From Candidatus Binatus soli (GTDB taxonomy: Bacteria; Desulfobacterota; Binatia; Binatales; Binataceae), in NCBI GenBank assembly GCA_002479255.1, contig DLMJ01000005.1:8664-72663 (forward strand): a stretch of DNA of 64,000 nucleotides. The letters run 5' to 3'. This document shows positions 1 to 10,312 of this stretch, piece after piece (the stretch's first letter is position 1; each line of letters begins with the position of its first letter). The notes under the pieces are model-generated. The model saw only the letters and a program-made list of their open reading frames with translations. It was not told the origin of the DNA and did no database searches. Made by a program: the position numbers and the translations under genes.

Positions 1-1304
1 ACCGTCAGCCAGAAGTGCCACTTGCCAAGCCGCTCGTCGAGCATGCGGCCGGTGATCTTCGGCCACCAGTAATAGAATGCCGACATGATCGTGAACATCA
101 CGCCGCCGAACAGCACGTAGTGAAAGTGCGCGACGACGAAGTACGAGTCCGTCTGCTGGAGATCGATCGGCGCCGATGCGTGCATGATGCCGCTGAGTCC
201 GCCGACCGTGAACTCGATCAGCATCCCCAGCGCGAAATAGAATGCGGTCGTCATGCGCAGCGAGCCGCCCCAAACAGTCGCGATCCAACTGAAGATCTTC
301 ACCCCGGTCGGGATTGCGATCAGCATCGAAGTGATCGCGAACGCCGAGTCCGCGACCGGGCCCATTCCCGTCGCGAACATATGGTGCCCCCAAACGCCGT
401 ACGACAGGAATGCGATCAGGCAGATCGAATACGCCATCATGGGATAGCCGAACAGCGGCTTGCGCGAGAACGTCGGAATGACTTCCGAGATGATCCCAAA
501 GGCCGGCAGCGCCATGATGTAGACTTCGGGATGACCGAACAGCCAGAACAGGTGCTGCCACAGAATCGGCGTAGCGCCCGCCGATGCGACGTAGAAATGC
601 GTGCCGAAGAAACGATCGAAGAGCAGAAAGATCAGTCCGATCGTGAGCGCCGGAAACGCGATCAGAATCAGGATCGACGTCACCATCAGCGACCACATGA
701 ACATCGGCATACGCATATACGTCATGCCCGGCGCGCGCATCGCGATGATCGTGGTCAGGAAGTTCAGGCCTGTGAGCACCGTCGAAGCGCCTGACACAAG
801 CAGCCCGATCACCCACCAATCGATCGCGAGGCCCGGCGTGAAATACCGCTCGGTCAGGTTCGCGTAACCGAACCATCCCGCATCGGGAAGTCCGCCGCGA
901 ATCCAGCCGAGATGGAGCAAAATTCCCGCGACCAGCGCCAGCCAGAAGCTCGCCGCATTGAGCCGCGGAAACGCGACGTCGCGTGCGCCGATCTGTAGCG
1001 GGATCAGGAAGTTGCCGAAAAATCCGAGCAGCAGCGGCATCACGACCAGGAAGATCATCGTCGTCCCATGCATCGTGAAAAACGCGTTGTAGGTCGCCGC
1101 CGACAGCGCGTGATTGTCGGGACGCCACAGCTGTACGCGAATCGCCATCGCTTCGAATCCGCCGAGCGCCATGAAAAACAGCGCGCTGACGAGGTACATC
1201 ACGGCTACGCGCTTGTGATCGATCGTCGTCAGCCATCCGAGTATCCCGCCACCTTCGAGGTAGCTCGGCTGATCCGCTGGCAATGTTTTCGGCTGGGCAG
1301 CCAT
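1..1304 (-). CDS. ctaD: Cytochrome c oxidase subunit I, type A1 (3' part runs off the window)
   Basis: Not in the ORF track because it is open at the edge. Manual minus-strand translation from the ATG at 1304 gives MAAQPKTLPADQPSYLEGGGILGWLTTIDHKR..., FTMHGTTMIF, ARDVAFPRLN, WQHLFWLFGHPEVYI, VWGHHMFATG and HDTYFVVAHFH. Confidence 0.95.
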   Translation of the reverse strand, partial: MAAQPKTLPADQPSYLEGGGILGWLTTIDHKRVAVMYLVSALFFMALGGFEAMAIRVQLWRPDNHALSAATYNAFFTMHGTTMIFLVVMPLLLGFFGNFLIPLQIGARDVAFPRLNAASFWLALVAGILLHLGWIRGGLPDAGWFGYANLTERYFTPGLAIDWWVIGLLVSGASTVLTGLNFLTTIIAMRAPGMTYMRMPMFMWSLMVTSILILIAFPALTIGLIFLLFDRFFGTHFYVASAGATPILWQHLFWLFGHPEVYIMALPAFGIISEVIPTFSRKPLFGYPMMAYSICLIAFLSYGVWGHHMFATGMGPVADSAFAITSMLIAIPTGVKIFSWIATVWGGSLRMTTAFYFALGMLIEFTVGGLSGIMHASAPIDLQQTDSYFVVAHFHYVLFGGVMFTIMSAFYYWWPKITGRMLDERLGKWHFWLT

Positions 1305-1314
1305 TCGACGCTCC

Positions 1315-2343
1315 CTATTTCAGACCCTCGAGATACGCGACCAGGGCGTTCATCTTCGGCCCCGGCAGCAGCAGCGCCGGCATGTTTGCGCCCGGCTTGG
1401 TTCCCTGTGGATTCACGATCCACTTCGCGACGTTTTCCGGCGTGTTCTTCAGCACCCCGGCGGCCAGCGTCGTGCGGCTGCCGAAATGCGTCAGGTCAGG
1501 TCCGATATACCCCTTCGAGATGCCCTGGATCATGTGGCAGGTCGTGCACGGACTGTTGGCGAAAACGTTTGCGCCGTTTAACGCCAGCAGATCGGTCGCC
1601 GGAATTGCGGCCGGCCCCGCAAGCTGCGCCCTATCCCATTTCGCGAAATCATCCGGCGAATCGACGAACACTCGAAAGCGCATGTTCGCGTGCGACAGGC
1701 CGCAAAACTCCGCGCATTGTCCCGGATACATTCCCGGCACCGTCGCGACGAATGTCAGCTCGTTGATTTGGCCGGGCACCACGTCGCGTTTGCCGCCGAG
1801 TTGCGGGACCCAGAAGCTATGTATGATGTCGGCCGATGCCAGTAACAGGCGAATCGGCCGGTTGGCGGGAATATGCAGTTCGTTGCCGGTCTTCGCACCG
1901 TCTGGATAGTCAAACTCCCACCACCACTGATGCGCTGCTACTTTGATCTCCAGCGCCCCCGCTGGCGCGACCGCCGGCTGCGAGCGAAAGATCGTACGTA
2001 CCGTCGGCACCGAGATCATCACCAACACCAGCGTGGGTCCAAGCGTCCACGCGATTTCCAGACCCAGGTCGGACGACGCGGTCGATGCTGGCGCGGCTTC
2101 GCCTACTCGAGACGAGAAAACGAACACCGCCAGGATAAACGCGCAGACCACGATCGCCAGGATAATTGCGTCCCACACCGTTACATCGATGTAAAGACTC
2201 TGAATCCACTGTGCCAGGTCCGACTTCGGCGAGAGGGTCGTCATCGGATGGTCCGTCGCTGAGCATCCCGTAATAGCCAGTGCAATAGCTATTTGCATAA
2301 CTATCGTCGCGATCGAATACCTATTTGAACCCCGCCCGATCAT
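1315..2343 (-). CDS. coxB: Cytochrome c oxidase subunit II with C-terminal cytochrome c (caa3 type), probable lipoprotein
   Basis: AHQWWWEFDY, DIIHSFWVP, CuA motif CAEFCGLSHANM, heme c motif CTTCH, lipobox-like LAITGC. Confidence 0.95.
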   Translation of the reverse strand: MIGRGSNRYSIATIVMQIAIALAITGCSATDHPMTTLSPKSDLAQWIQSLYIDVTVWDAIILAIVVCAFILAVFVFSSRVGEAAPASTASSDLGLEIAWTLGPTLVLVMISVPTVRTIFRSQPAVAPAGALEIKVAAHQWWWEFDYPDGAKTGNELHIPANRPIRLLLASADIIHSFWVPQLGGKRDVVPGQINELTFVATVPGMYPGQCAEFCGLSHANMRFRVFVDSPDDFAKWDRAQLAGPAAIPATDLLALNGANVFANSPCTTCHMIQGISKGYIGPDLTHFGSRTTLAAGVLKNTPENVAKWIVNPQGTKPGANMPALLLPGPKMNALVAYLEGLK

Positions 2344-3560
2344 TCCGCCTCATCTCCAACCGGTTCTCCCGAGGTCGCCGCCTGCGCGACGCGGTTTAGT
2401 CCCGGCACTGCCGAAATGAGAAATGCGCCCAGGAAACCGATCGATATCAGAAATTGCGTGGCGCCAAACGGGATCGCGTCGAGCGACAGCGACGGAACCA
2501 CCAGCACGTAACGCTCGAGCCACATCCCGGCCAGCCCTAGTCCCGCCACCGTGCCGAGAATCACCGGCGTCTTCTTGGCCCGTACGCTCATCAGCGCCGT
2601 AAATGGAATTAGCCAGATCAAAACCAGGCACGCCACCGATAGCGGTGACCACGGCATGTGATGTACCCGGTGAACGATAAAGAAAGTTTCGACCGGTAGA
2701 TCGCCGTACCAGATCACAATGTACTGCGCGAACAGCAGATATATCCAGAACACCGAGAACGCGAAGACCATCTTGCCAAAGTCGTGCATGACGGTGGGAT
2801 TCGTGAACAGGTTGTTCTCGCCCAAACGACCGCGCAGCACGGCTGCTGTAAGAGCCATCGCGGTCAATCCACTCCAGAAACACCCGGCGAAAAAATACCA
2901 GCCGAAAAGTGTGCTGCGCCACACCGGCGCGAGCGACATGACCAAATCGAATGCGATCAGCGAATAGACCGCCGCGAACAGGACCGCAACCAGCGGAGCG
3001 AACACTCGTATCGAGTGTGGCGGCAACTCGATCTCGTCGGTCGCAATCGTCCACGCCCGTGCGCCGTCACTACGCGAGACGCGAATGAACGCGAAGCTCG
3101 CCGCAGCCATCACGCCGAGCCCGATTCCATCACGTGCAAAAAGAAACGGAGTGTTCAGCCACGCAGCCTTCTGCGCTATCGGATGCGTTACCCACGGGAA
3201 AATCAGGCTGCGGCCGAAGTAGAGCCCAAAGAACAGAAAAAATCCCACCCACAGAAATGGCGCGAACGCCTCGCCGAGCCGATACGGCGTCGAACCGCCC
3301 CACTTTGCCTGCGTCAGATAGAACGACGCGGACGCGACCACCGCGCCCTGCGCGACGCCAAGGAAGAACAGCAGGTTGACGAGATAGGCTTCCCATGCGA
3401 TCGTGGCTCCGCCTCGGATCAGCGCCAGCACGAACGCGATCGCGCCGAGCACGATCATGGCGCCCGCCACCGTCTTCATCGTCGTGCCGGCCACCGACTC
3501 GACGGCTCGCGGCTTCATCGCCGCGCGCTCGCGATGCGCCCGTTGAAGATTGATGCTCAT
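2340..3560 (-). CDS. actF: Alternative complex III subunit ActF (NrfD-like membrane subunit)
   Basis: Polytopic protein with DLVMSLAPVWRSTLFGWYF, HDFGKMVFAFSVFWIYLLFAQYIVIWYGDLP; position in act operon. Confidence 0.85.
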   Translation of the reverse strand: MSINLQRAHRERAAMKPRAVESVAGTTMKTVAGAMIVLGAIAFVLALIRGGATIAWEAYLVNLLFFLGVAQGAVVASASFYLTQAKWGGSTPYRLGEAFAPFLWVGFFLFFGLYFGRSLIFPWVTHPIAQKAAWLNTPFLFARDGIGLGVMAAASFAFIRVSRSDGARAWTIATDEIELPPHSIRVFAPLVAVLFAAVYSLIAFDLVMSLAPVWRSTLFGWYFFAGCFWSGLTAMALTAAVLRGRLGENNLFTNPTVMHDFGKMVFAFSVFWIYLLFAQYIVIWYGDLPVETFFIVHRVHHMPWSPLSVACLVLIWLIPFTALMSVRAKKTPVILGTVAGLGLAGMWLERYVLVVPSLSLDAIPFGATQFLISIGFLGAFLISAVPGLNRVAQAATSGEPVGDEAE

Positions 3561-4078
3561 CGCGGCTGCGCCTCGTCTTCGCGAACGACTTCTTCCGCGC
3601 CCGATTCCTTCAGCATCGACTCGACACGCGCCGCTTCCGCCTCGTCACATCGAACCACGATCCCAAATCGATCCTCGCCGAAGCGCCCGTCGTACCCCGG
3701 CGCCATCGTGGTCGTGGGCACACCCGACAGCATCAGCACCCCGAAGAAGCCGAAAATTCCGCCCAGCAGGACCATCAACTCGAAGCAAATCACGATGAAT
3801 GGCGGCCACGACAGCAGCGGTCTGCCGCCCGCGTTGAGACGCCACTCGTAAGTTGTTCCAATCGTTATCGCGAGTCCGGTAAGAACGCCCGAAATTCCGC
3901 CCGCCAGCACCAGCCATCGCACCGGGCTCTTCGACCTGCCTATTGCATGTTCGATTTTGTGGCTCGGGATTGGCGAGAACGTATTGAAATCGCCGACCTG
4001 CGCCGCGCGGAGCTCCTCGACCGCTTGCACGCATTGAGTCTCATCCGCAAACGAACTTATGATCGCTATCGTGCTCAT
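3557..4078 (-). CDS. actD: Alternative complex III subunit ActD (DUF3341)
   Basis: FSPIPSH, two TM helices, GGRPLLSWPPFIVICFELMVL, YDGRFGEDRF. Confidence 0.88.
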   Translation of the reverse strand: MSTIAIISSFADETQCVQAVEELRAAQVGDFNTFSPIPSHKIEHAIGRSKSPVRWLVLAGGISGVLTGLAITIGTTYEWRLNAGGRPLLSWPPFIVICFELMVLLGGIFGFFGVLMLSGVPTTTMAPGYDGRFGEDRFGIVVRCDEAEAARVESMLKESGAEEVVREDEAQPR

Positions 4079-5433
4079 GCGGCTTTGACTCGATCCATCT
4101 TGAGCGCCTTCCGAAGCCAGACGATTCCTTCTTTAAGTTCCGTCATCGATATGATCGGCAGGAACTTTGCGAAGAGCGAGAACAGCCCGACAAACCACGC
4201 GAAGCTGCCGACCGTGATCATGATTTCTGTGATCGACGGACGGTAGCCGGCCCACTGCGAAGGCTCGATGTTCGCCGTCAGCGAACCCGCGATAATCACG
4301 AAACGCTCGAACCACATCCCGATGTTTACGAAAATTGTGATTATCCAGAGCGCCCTCATGTTGACCCGGATGCGCGGGGAAAATAGCAACAATGGTATTA
4401 CGCAGTTGCACAAGACCATTACCCAGTACATCCAGCCCCACGGCCCGAAGTAGCGCATGTGGAATGTCATCTGCTCGATCGGATCGCCTGTGTACCAGGT
4501 CATAAAGGCTTCCGTGATGTACGCGTACGAGACTACCAGCGAGGTCAGCAGCACGACCTTGGCGAGATTGTCGAAATGCCACTCCGTCAGCAGGTCCTCG
4601 ATGCCCAGCAGCTTGCGCATCGGAATTAGCAGCGTGATAACCATCGCGACGCCGGAAAAAATCGCCCCGGCGACGAAGTATGGTGCGAAGATCGTGCTGT
4701 GCCAGCCCGGATTTATCGCCATCGCGAAATCCCACGACACCACCGAGTGCACCGAAAGCACCAGCGGAGTCGCCAGGCCCGCCATCAGCAAATACGCCAT
4801 TGAGTAATGCCGCCATTGGCGATCCGTACCCTGCCATCCCATGGCGAGCGCCGTGTAGAATTTCTTGCGCCATCCGGTCGCGGCCTCGCGCGCGTTCGCA
4901 ACGTCGGGAATCAGTCCCATCGTCCAGAACAGCGCGCTAATAGTCAGATAGGTACTTACTGCAAAAGCGTCCCATACCAGCGGCGAGCGGAAGTCGGGTT
5001 GTAAGTATCGCTGATTAGGGTATGGCAATAGCCAGTAGAAAAACCAGACGCGGCCAAGATGGATCAGCGGGAACAGTCCCGCCGTCGCGACCGCAAATAT
5101 CGTCATCGTTTCCGCAGCGCGATAAACCGCGGTGCGCCACTTGGTGCGGAACAGGAACAGAATCGCGGAGATCAACGTTCCCGAGTGCGCGATACCGACC
5201 CAGAAGACGAAGTTAGTAATGTAGATTGCCCACATCACGGGCTGGCGAAGTCCCGTCACGCCCAGTCCCGAGTAGATCTGGCGCAACCAGAACCCAGCCG
5301 CGATCGCCACCAGCGTGAAGCAGAATCCGATCCACGCCCAGTATGCGAGGCCGGCCGGCTCCATCACCCGCAGCACGCTGCGGTCAATGTCGCGGTAACT
5401 CGGCTCGACCGGTATCTTCGGCGCCGCTGCCAC
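4075..5433 (-). CDS. actC: Alternative complex III subunit ActC (NrfD/PsrC quinol-binding subunit)
   Basis: YITNFVFWVGIAHSGTLISAIL, IHLGRVW, DFRSPLVWD, LSVHSVVSWDFA, WHSTIFAPYFVAGAIFSG. Confidence 0.93.
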   Translation of the reverse strand: MAAAPKIPVEPSYRDIDRSVLRVMEPAGLAYWAWIGFCFTLVAIAAGFWLRQIYSGLGVTGLRQPVMWAIYITNFVFWVGIAHSGTLISAILFLFRTKWRTAVYRAAETMTIFAVATAGLFPLIHLGRVWFFYWLLPYPNQRYLQPDFRSPLVWDAFAVSTYLTISALFWTMGLIPDVANAREAATGWRKKFYTALAMGWQGTDRQWRHYSMAYLLMAGLATPLVLSVHSVVSWDFAMAINPGWHSTIFAPYFVAGAIFSGVAMVITLLIPMRKLLGIEDLLTEWHFDNLAKVVLLTSLVVSYAYITEAFMTWYTGDPIEQMTFHMRYFGPWGWMYWVMVLCNCVIPLLLFSPRIRVNMRALWIITIFVNIGMWFERFVIIAGSLTANIEPSQWAGYRPSITEIMITVGSFAWFVGLFSLFAKFLPIISMTELKEGIVWLRKALKMDRVKAA

Positions 5434-8352
5434 TCAGGCCCCTCCTTTCTCGCGATAGAGATCGCGTAGATACGTGATAGCTGGTTGCGTGTTGAGTTCT
5501 TCCAGCGCGCGATAGTTGCGCAGCTTGTTGTCCTCGCGCCGGCGCATCATCGCGCTCGCGGGCTCGTTGCTGTCGCCAAACGTGATTGCGCGCGTCGGGC
5601 ACGCCTGCTGGCAGGCCGTGACGATCTCGCCGTCGCGCAGCTCGCGATCTTCAGTCCGCGCGTTGAGCTCGGCGAATTGGATTCGCTGCACGCAGAACGT
5701 GCATTTCTCCATCACGCCGGCGCCGCGCACCGTCACGTCGGGATTGAGTTGCAGGTTCAGCGGCGCGGGCCATTCCGGCACGAACCAGTTGAATCGGCGC
5801 ACCTTGTACGGACAGTTGTTTTCGCAATAGCGCGTGCCGACGCATCGATTGTAAACTTGGCCGTTGATCCCTTCTTCGGTGTGATACGACGCAAACACCG
5901 GGCAGACCGGCTCGCACGGCGCGTGATCGCACTGCTGACACAGCATCGGCGCGAGGTAGAGCTGCGGCGCTTGCGCCGCTTCCCCGGCCGGCGGGAAGTA
6001 ACGCTCGATGCGAATCCACGACATGATTCGGCCCCGATCGACCCCGTCCTTGCCTACCGTCGGGACATTGTTCTCCGCGTAGCACGCGGTCACGCACGCG
6101 CTGCATCCGGTGCACGCATTGACGTCGATCGTCATGCCCCATTTGTGCCGGGAATATTTCCAGGGCGGGTACATTTCGTACGGCCCGGTGACTTCTTCGG
6201 CCTCGCTCCTGGGAACCACGCCGCGCGCCAACTGCTCGATACTCATCGCCTCGACGATCGATCGGCCCATCATGTCGCTCTTGCCCAGCGGTGAAACGAG
6301 CGTGCGCGTCTTGCCGGTCGCGCGCGCGGTCGCGGCGGCACTGGCCGCGCCCGCCGCCAATATCGCCCACGCATTTGCGCCGACGTCTTTTGCATAACGG
6401 CCGTACGCGCGGTGCCCCTGTCCCAAAGGAACCGCGATCACACCCGGACGAACAGTGCTCTCCACCAGGACCGGCGCCTCGATCGCGCCGTGCTCCGTTT
6501 TGATCTCGATGACGTCGTCCTTGGCGACGCCGAGTTTGCGCGCCGTCTCGGGATGGATCTCGGCCCAGCTGTCCCACACGATCTGCGTGACCGGCTCGGG
6601 CAATTCCTGCAGCCACGGCTTGTCCGCGCCGCGGCCGTCGTAAAGGAAAATGTGTGGATAGGCGTAAACGGAAAGTTCCGACTGAGCCGCGGCCGGTACG
6701 GGCGCCTTGAACGCAGACGTGTCGAGGCTGAGCGCCGAGAGATGCTGTTCCTCGAACAATCCGCCTTCGCGCCGCACGCTTACCCAGAAATCTTCGGGAT
6801 CCGCGCCGTCTGCCTTGAGAGCCAGCGCCAGCCATTCAGCTTTGACTGCCTCCGCAGCGCTCGCCCACGGAAGTTTCGCGCTCGACGATCCCGCGGCTGC
6901 CGCAAGCAGGATATCGCCGACCGGCTTGCTGTCGAACACCGGCTGCATCACCGGCTGTCCCAGTCCGCGGATTCCCGCGCGCGGCGCCGTGTCACGCCAT
7001 GCTTCGAGCGGATGATGCGCTGGCAGGAGAAGACTCGCCATCGCGGCGGTCTCGTCCGGCACGCCTCCCGCCCACACGACGAACGGAACTTTCTGGATCG
7101 CCTCGGCTACTCGCGCCGACGCGGGCATCGTGAAGACCGGATTTGCGCCCGCGATGAACACCGCATCGATCTTGCCGCCGCGCATCGCGTCAACCGCCGC
7201 GTCCACTTCATCCGGCGTGCTGGTCTCTTCGGCCGGCGAGCCTTCGAGGAACATTACGGTCTTGCCGAAATTGCCGGTGACCGCATTGAGGATCATCGCC
7301 GCAAGATGAGCCGACGAATCGTTCGTGCCCGCGATCGCCAGCGCGCCTTCGGCCCTGCCGAACGTCTCGCCGAGCCTGGTAATGGTTTCCACCGGCACGC
7401 CGGTCCGCGCGCTCGTGGCGACTGGATCGAAATTCTCGACCGCCTTGGTTAGCGCCGCGAGATCGAAGCCCGAGTTCTGCGAAACCCAGCGCTGCTTGAC
7501 GAGAACGTTGAGCACGCTCCACGCAACATCGGCTTCCACGCCCGGAGCAGTCGCAATCCAGTCGTCGCACTTCGACGCCGTCATGCTGAGCCGCGGGCCG
7601 ACGTAAGTGGCGCGGCCAATGGTCAGCGTGCCGCGCCGCTCATGCGGTGTGCGGAACAGCGAGTATTGGCGCGCGAGTTCCACCGGAGATTGCCAGGTCT
7701 CGAGAAAGTCCGCACCGAAGGAAATCAGCACTTCGGCCTGATCGATTCGATACGACGGCAGATCGCGCCGGCCAAAGATCGTTTTCGCCGCAACCCGCGC
7801 CGGTTCCTGGTTGATGGCCTCGTAAAATATCGCGCGCGACGAGCCATAAGCGCCGACAAACGCGAGCGCGATTTTCCTGAAGGTCGGGCCCTGCGGCGAA
7901 CCGAAGAACGCGACGCGATCCTTGCCCCCCTTCGACGCCGCCGCCAGCCTGTCGCCCAGCATTTTGTCCGCTTGGTCCCACGAAACGGTCCGGATCGCAC
8001 CGTCGTCGCCGCGAACCTGCGGATGCGCAAGGCGATCGGGATTGTACAGACCTTGCAGCGCCGCCTGTCCCCGGGCGCACAAAGAACCCTGACCAATCGG
8101 ATCGGCCGGATTTCCCTCCAGCTTGACGACGCGCCCTTCCCGGATTCGCGCCACCACACCGCATCCCGCCGGGCACTCCGAACACGTCGTGGCAAAAAAA
8201 CTCGGCACGCCGGGGACTACGTTCTCATCGGGCACCACGTAAGGGATCAGCTGCCTCGCCGCCGGCTCGCAGCCAGGGATCGCCGCCGCCGCACCCGCAG
8301 TCGCGGCCAGCTTGATGAATGATCGCCTGGATATCGACGGTCCCTCGCGCAT
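5434..8352 (-). CDS. actB: Alternative complex III subunit ActB (molybdopterin-oxidoreductase-like plus 4Fe-4S domain)
   Basis: Tat signal SRRSFIK followed by AAIPGC; CSECPAGC; C-terminal CTGCSACVTAC, CQQCDHAPCEPVCP, CVGTRYCENNCPY, VMEKCTFC, CQQACP. Confidence 0.93.
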   Translation of the reverse strand: MREGPSISRRSFIKLAATAGAAAAIPGCEPAARQLIPYVVPDENVVPGVPSFFATTCSECPAGCGVVARIREGRVVKLEGNPADPIGQGSLCARGQAALQGLYNPDRLAHPQVRGDDGAIRTVSWDQADKMLGDRLAAASKGGKDRVAFFGSPQGPTFRKIALAFVGAYGSSRAIFYEAINQEPARVAAKTIFGRRDLPSYRIDQAEVLISFGADFLETWQSPVELARQYSLFRTPHERRGTLTIGRATYVGPRLSMTASKCDDWIATAPGVEADVAWSVLNVLVKQRWVSQNSGFDLAALTKAVENFDPVATSARTGVPVETITRLGETFGRAEGALAIAGTNDSSAHLAAMILNAVTGNFGKTVMFLEGSPAEETSTPDEVDAAVDAMRGGKIDAVFIAGANPVFTMPASARVAEAIQKVPFVVWAGGVPDETAAMASLLLPAHHPLEAWRDTAPRAGIRGLGQPVMQPVFDSKPVGDILLAAAAGSSSAKLPWASAAEAVKAEWLALALKADGADPEDFWVSVRREGGLFEEQHLSALSLDTSAFKAPVPAAAQSELSVYAYPHIFLYDGRGADKPWLQELPEPVTQIVWDSWAEIHPETARKLGVAKDDVIEIKTEHGAIEAPVLVESTVRPGVIAVPLGQGHRAYGRYAKDVGANAWAILAAGAASAAATARATGKTRTLVSPLGKSDMMGRSIVEAMSIEQLARGVVPRSEAEEVTGPYEMYPPWKYSRHKWGMTIDVNACTGCSACVTACYAENNVPTVGKDGVDRGRIMSWIRIERYFPPAGEAAQAPQLYLAPMLCQQCDHAPCEPVCPVFASYHTEEGINGQVYNRCVGTRYCENNCPYKVRRFNWFVPEWPAPLNLQLNPDVTVRGAGVMEKCTFCVQRIQFAELNARTEDRELRDGEIVTACQQACPTRAITFGDSNEPASAMMRRREDNKLRNYRALEELNTQPAITYLRDLYREKGGA

Positions 8353-8364
8353 CTACTCCCTCAC

Positions 8365-8931
8365 TCAGTGATGACAGCCCACACAGTCGAGCGTCGCTTT
8401 TTTCTCCGTGTGACAGTCCACGCAGAAACCCATGTTGATTTCAAACGCCGGCGCCACGCGATCCATCGTTTCCACCGGGCCGTGACAACTCTGGCATCGC
8501 AGCCCGGCATGAATATGCGGCCGATGCGTGAAGCGCACAAAGTCGGGCAGCGTGTACACGCGATTCCACTGAATCTCGAACGCCGCCGGCGTGTCGTCCG
8601 TCCACGGCCGCGTCACCGGCTGGATTCCGCCTCCCGCAATCCTGTTGCCGTGGCATCCCACGCACTTGGCTACCGCCGGAATGCCCGGTTCAGACGATCG
8701 ACTTGCATAGGCATGGCAATACGAACAGGGAATCTTGTTCACCCCGGCGTGTACTCGATGGCTAAATGGTATCGGCTGAACTATGTCTGCCCGGGGCGCC
8801 CATGGCCGCTGCGACAGCGCGATCACTGCCCCGCCCAGCATCAGCATCGCCAGGGCAAGCGGCAGCACTATCCGATTCATGCTCACGATCAGGCTTGTGA
8901 ATAGTCCGAAAAAGCGCCGCCGCGCCACCAC
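8365..8931 (-). CDS. actA: Alternative complex III subunit ActA, pentaheme cytochrome c (start uncertain)
   Basis: N-terminal TM helix, QPIPFSHRVHAG, five CxxCH (CSYCH, CVGCH, CQSCH, CVDCH, CVGCH), WNRVYTLPDFVRFTH. Confidence 0.9.
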   Translation of the reverse strand: MVARRRFFGLFTSLIVSMNRIVLPLALAMLMLGGAVIALSQRPWAPRADIVQPIPFSHRVHAGVNKIPCSYCHAYASRSSEPGIPAVAKCVGCHGNRIAGGGIQPVTRPWTDDTPAAFEIQWNRVYTLPDFVRFTHRPHIHAGLRCQSCHGPVETMDRVAPAFEINMGFCVDCHTEKKATLDCVGCHH

Positions 8932-9134
8932 TCAACGGTTAAACTTTCTAACAACACGATCGTTTCCAATCAAGTAGGGTTAATTTTATACGCTGGATTG
9001 GATCGTTTAATAAAGGACGTACCTGTGGATTCCCATTGTGCGAGAACGCCGATTTATTGCGACAAGTAGTTTCGACAGCCCGCAAAGTATGTTACTTACG
9101 ACTAGGTTCTCGTGGTCTGAGGCTGTTTCGACAG

Positions 9135-10304
9135 GTGCAAATCAAGACTGCTTCTCGACTGGGCCTTTTACCGCCCTACCTTTTTGCCGAGCTTGACCGC
9201 CTGAAGAAGGAGGTCGCAGGCAAGGGCGTTGACGTTATCAGCCTCTCGATCGGCGACCCCGACCTGCCCACGCCGCGTCACATCGTCGAGGCTCTCAAGC
9301 GCGCCGCCGACGATCCCAAAAATCACCGCTATCCCGACTACGAAGGCTTGCCGCAATTCCGCCGGGCCTCCGCGGATTGGTACCGGCGGCGTTTCGGCGT
9401 CAGCTTCGACCATCAGCGCGAGGTATGCGCTCTGATTGGCTCCAAGGAAGGCATCGCAAACTTCTCGACCGCCGTCGTCGATCCCGGCGACATCGTGCTG
9501 ATTCCCGACCCCGGATACCCGGTGTACTACTCGGGATGCGTCTTCAACGGGGGCGAGCCGTATTTTCTGCCGCTCAGAAAAGAAAACGGATTCGTTCCCG
9601 ATCTCGCCTCGATTCCCGCCGAGGTCTCGCGCCGCGCCCGGATGCTGTGGCTGAACTATCCGAACAATCCAACCGCCGCAACCGTTGACCTATCCTTTTT
9701 CGAAGATGCGGTCAAATTCTGCCTCAAGCACGGCATCATCCTCGCCCACGACAGCGCCTACTCCGAAATTGCCTACGACGGCTATCGAGCTCCGAGCGTT
9801 TTCCAGGCCCAAGGCTCGCGTGAATGTGCAATCGAGTTCCACTCGTTGTCGAAGACCTTTTCGATGACCGGATGGCGCGTCGGCTTCGCGATCGGCAACG
9901 CCCAGCTGATCGGCGCGCTCGGCAAGGTCAAGACCAACATGGATTCCGGCGTTTTCCAGGCGGTGCAGGAAGCCGCGATCGCGGGCCTGGAAGGCGCCGA
10001 CGGCGATAGGCTCGCCGAATATTGCGCAATCTACAGGGAACGCCGCGACCTGCTGGTCGGCTCGCTGCGCGCGCTCGGGCTGGAATGCGAGAAGCCGCGG
10101 GCGACCTTTTACGTCTGGACCAAAGTTCCGCGTGGTTACACCTCGGTTTCATTTACCGAGCGCGTATTGAAGGAAGCCGGCGTCGCAATTACGCCCGGCT
10201 CCGGATTCGGCAAGGGTGGCGAAGGGTACGTTCGCTTCTCGCTTACGGTGTCGAGCGAACGGTTGGCCGAGGCGGTGGACCGATTAAAAGCGCTGCGGTT
10301 TTAA
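9135..10304 (+). CDS. dapL: LL-diaminopimelate aminotransferase (PLP class I/II)
   Basis: LPPYLFAELD, LSIGDPD, LIGSKEG, LNYPNNPT, EFHSLSKTFSMTGWRVG, KTNMDSG. Start taken as the GTG at 9135; the ORF is open from 9036. Confidence 0.85.
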   Translation: MQIKTASRLGLLPPYLFAELDRLKKEVAGKGVDVISLSIGDPDLPTPRHIVEALKRAADDPKNHRYPDYEGLPQFRRASADWYRRRFGVSFDHQREVCALIGSKEGIANFSTAVVDPGDIVLIPDPGYPVYYSGCVFNGGEPYFLPLRKENGFVPDLASIPAEVSRRARMLWLNYPNNPTAATVDLSFFEDAVKFCLKHGIILAHDSAYSEIAYDGYRAPSVFQAQGSRECAIEFHSLSKTFSMTGWRVGFAIGNAQLIGALGKVKTNMDSGVFQAVQEAAIAGLEGADGDRLAEYCAIYRERRDLLVGSLRALGLECEKPRATFYVWTKVPRGYTSVSFTERVLKEAGVAITPGSGFGKGGEGYVRFSLTVSSERLAEAVDRLKALRF

Positions 10305-10312
10305 CGGCGAGG

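Noticed and set aside
15-794. 259 aa plus-strand ORF and other plus-strand ORFs over 1-8900
   Set aside because: Antisense shadows of coxA and the act genes, typical of high-GC DNA.
8890-9010. FNR or Rex box upstream of the act-cox operon
   Set aside because: Only half-sites (ATCAA; TTGTGAA) without a matching second arm.
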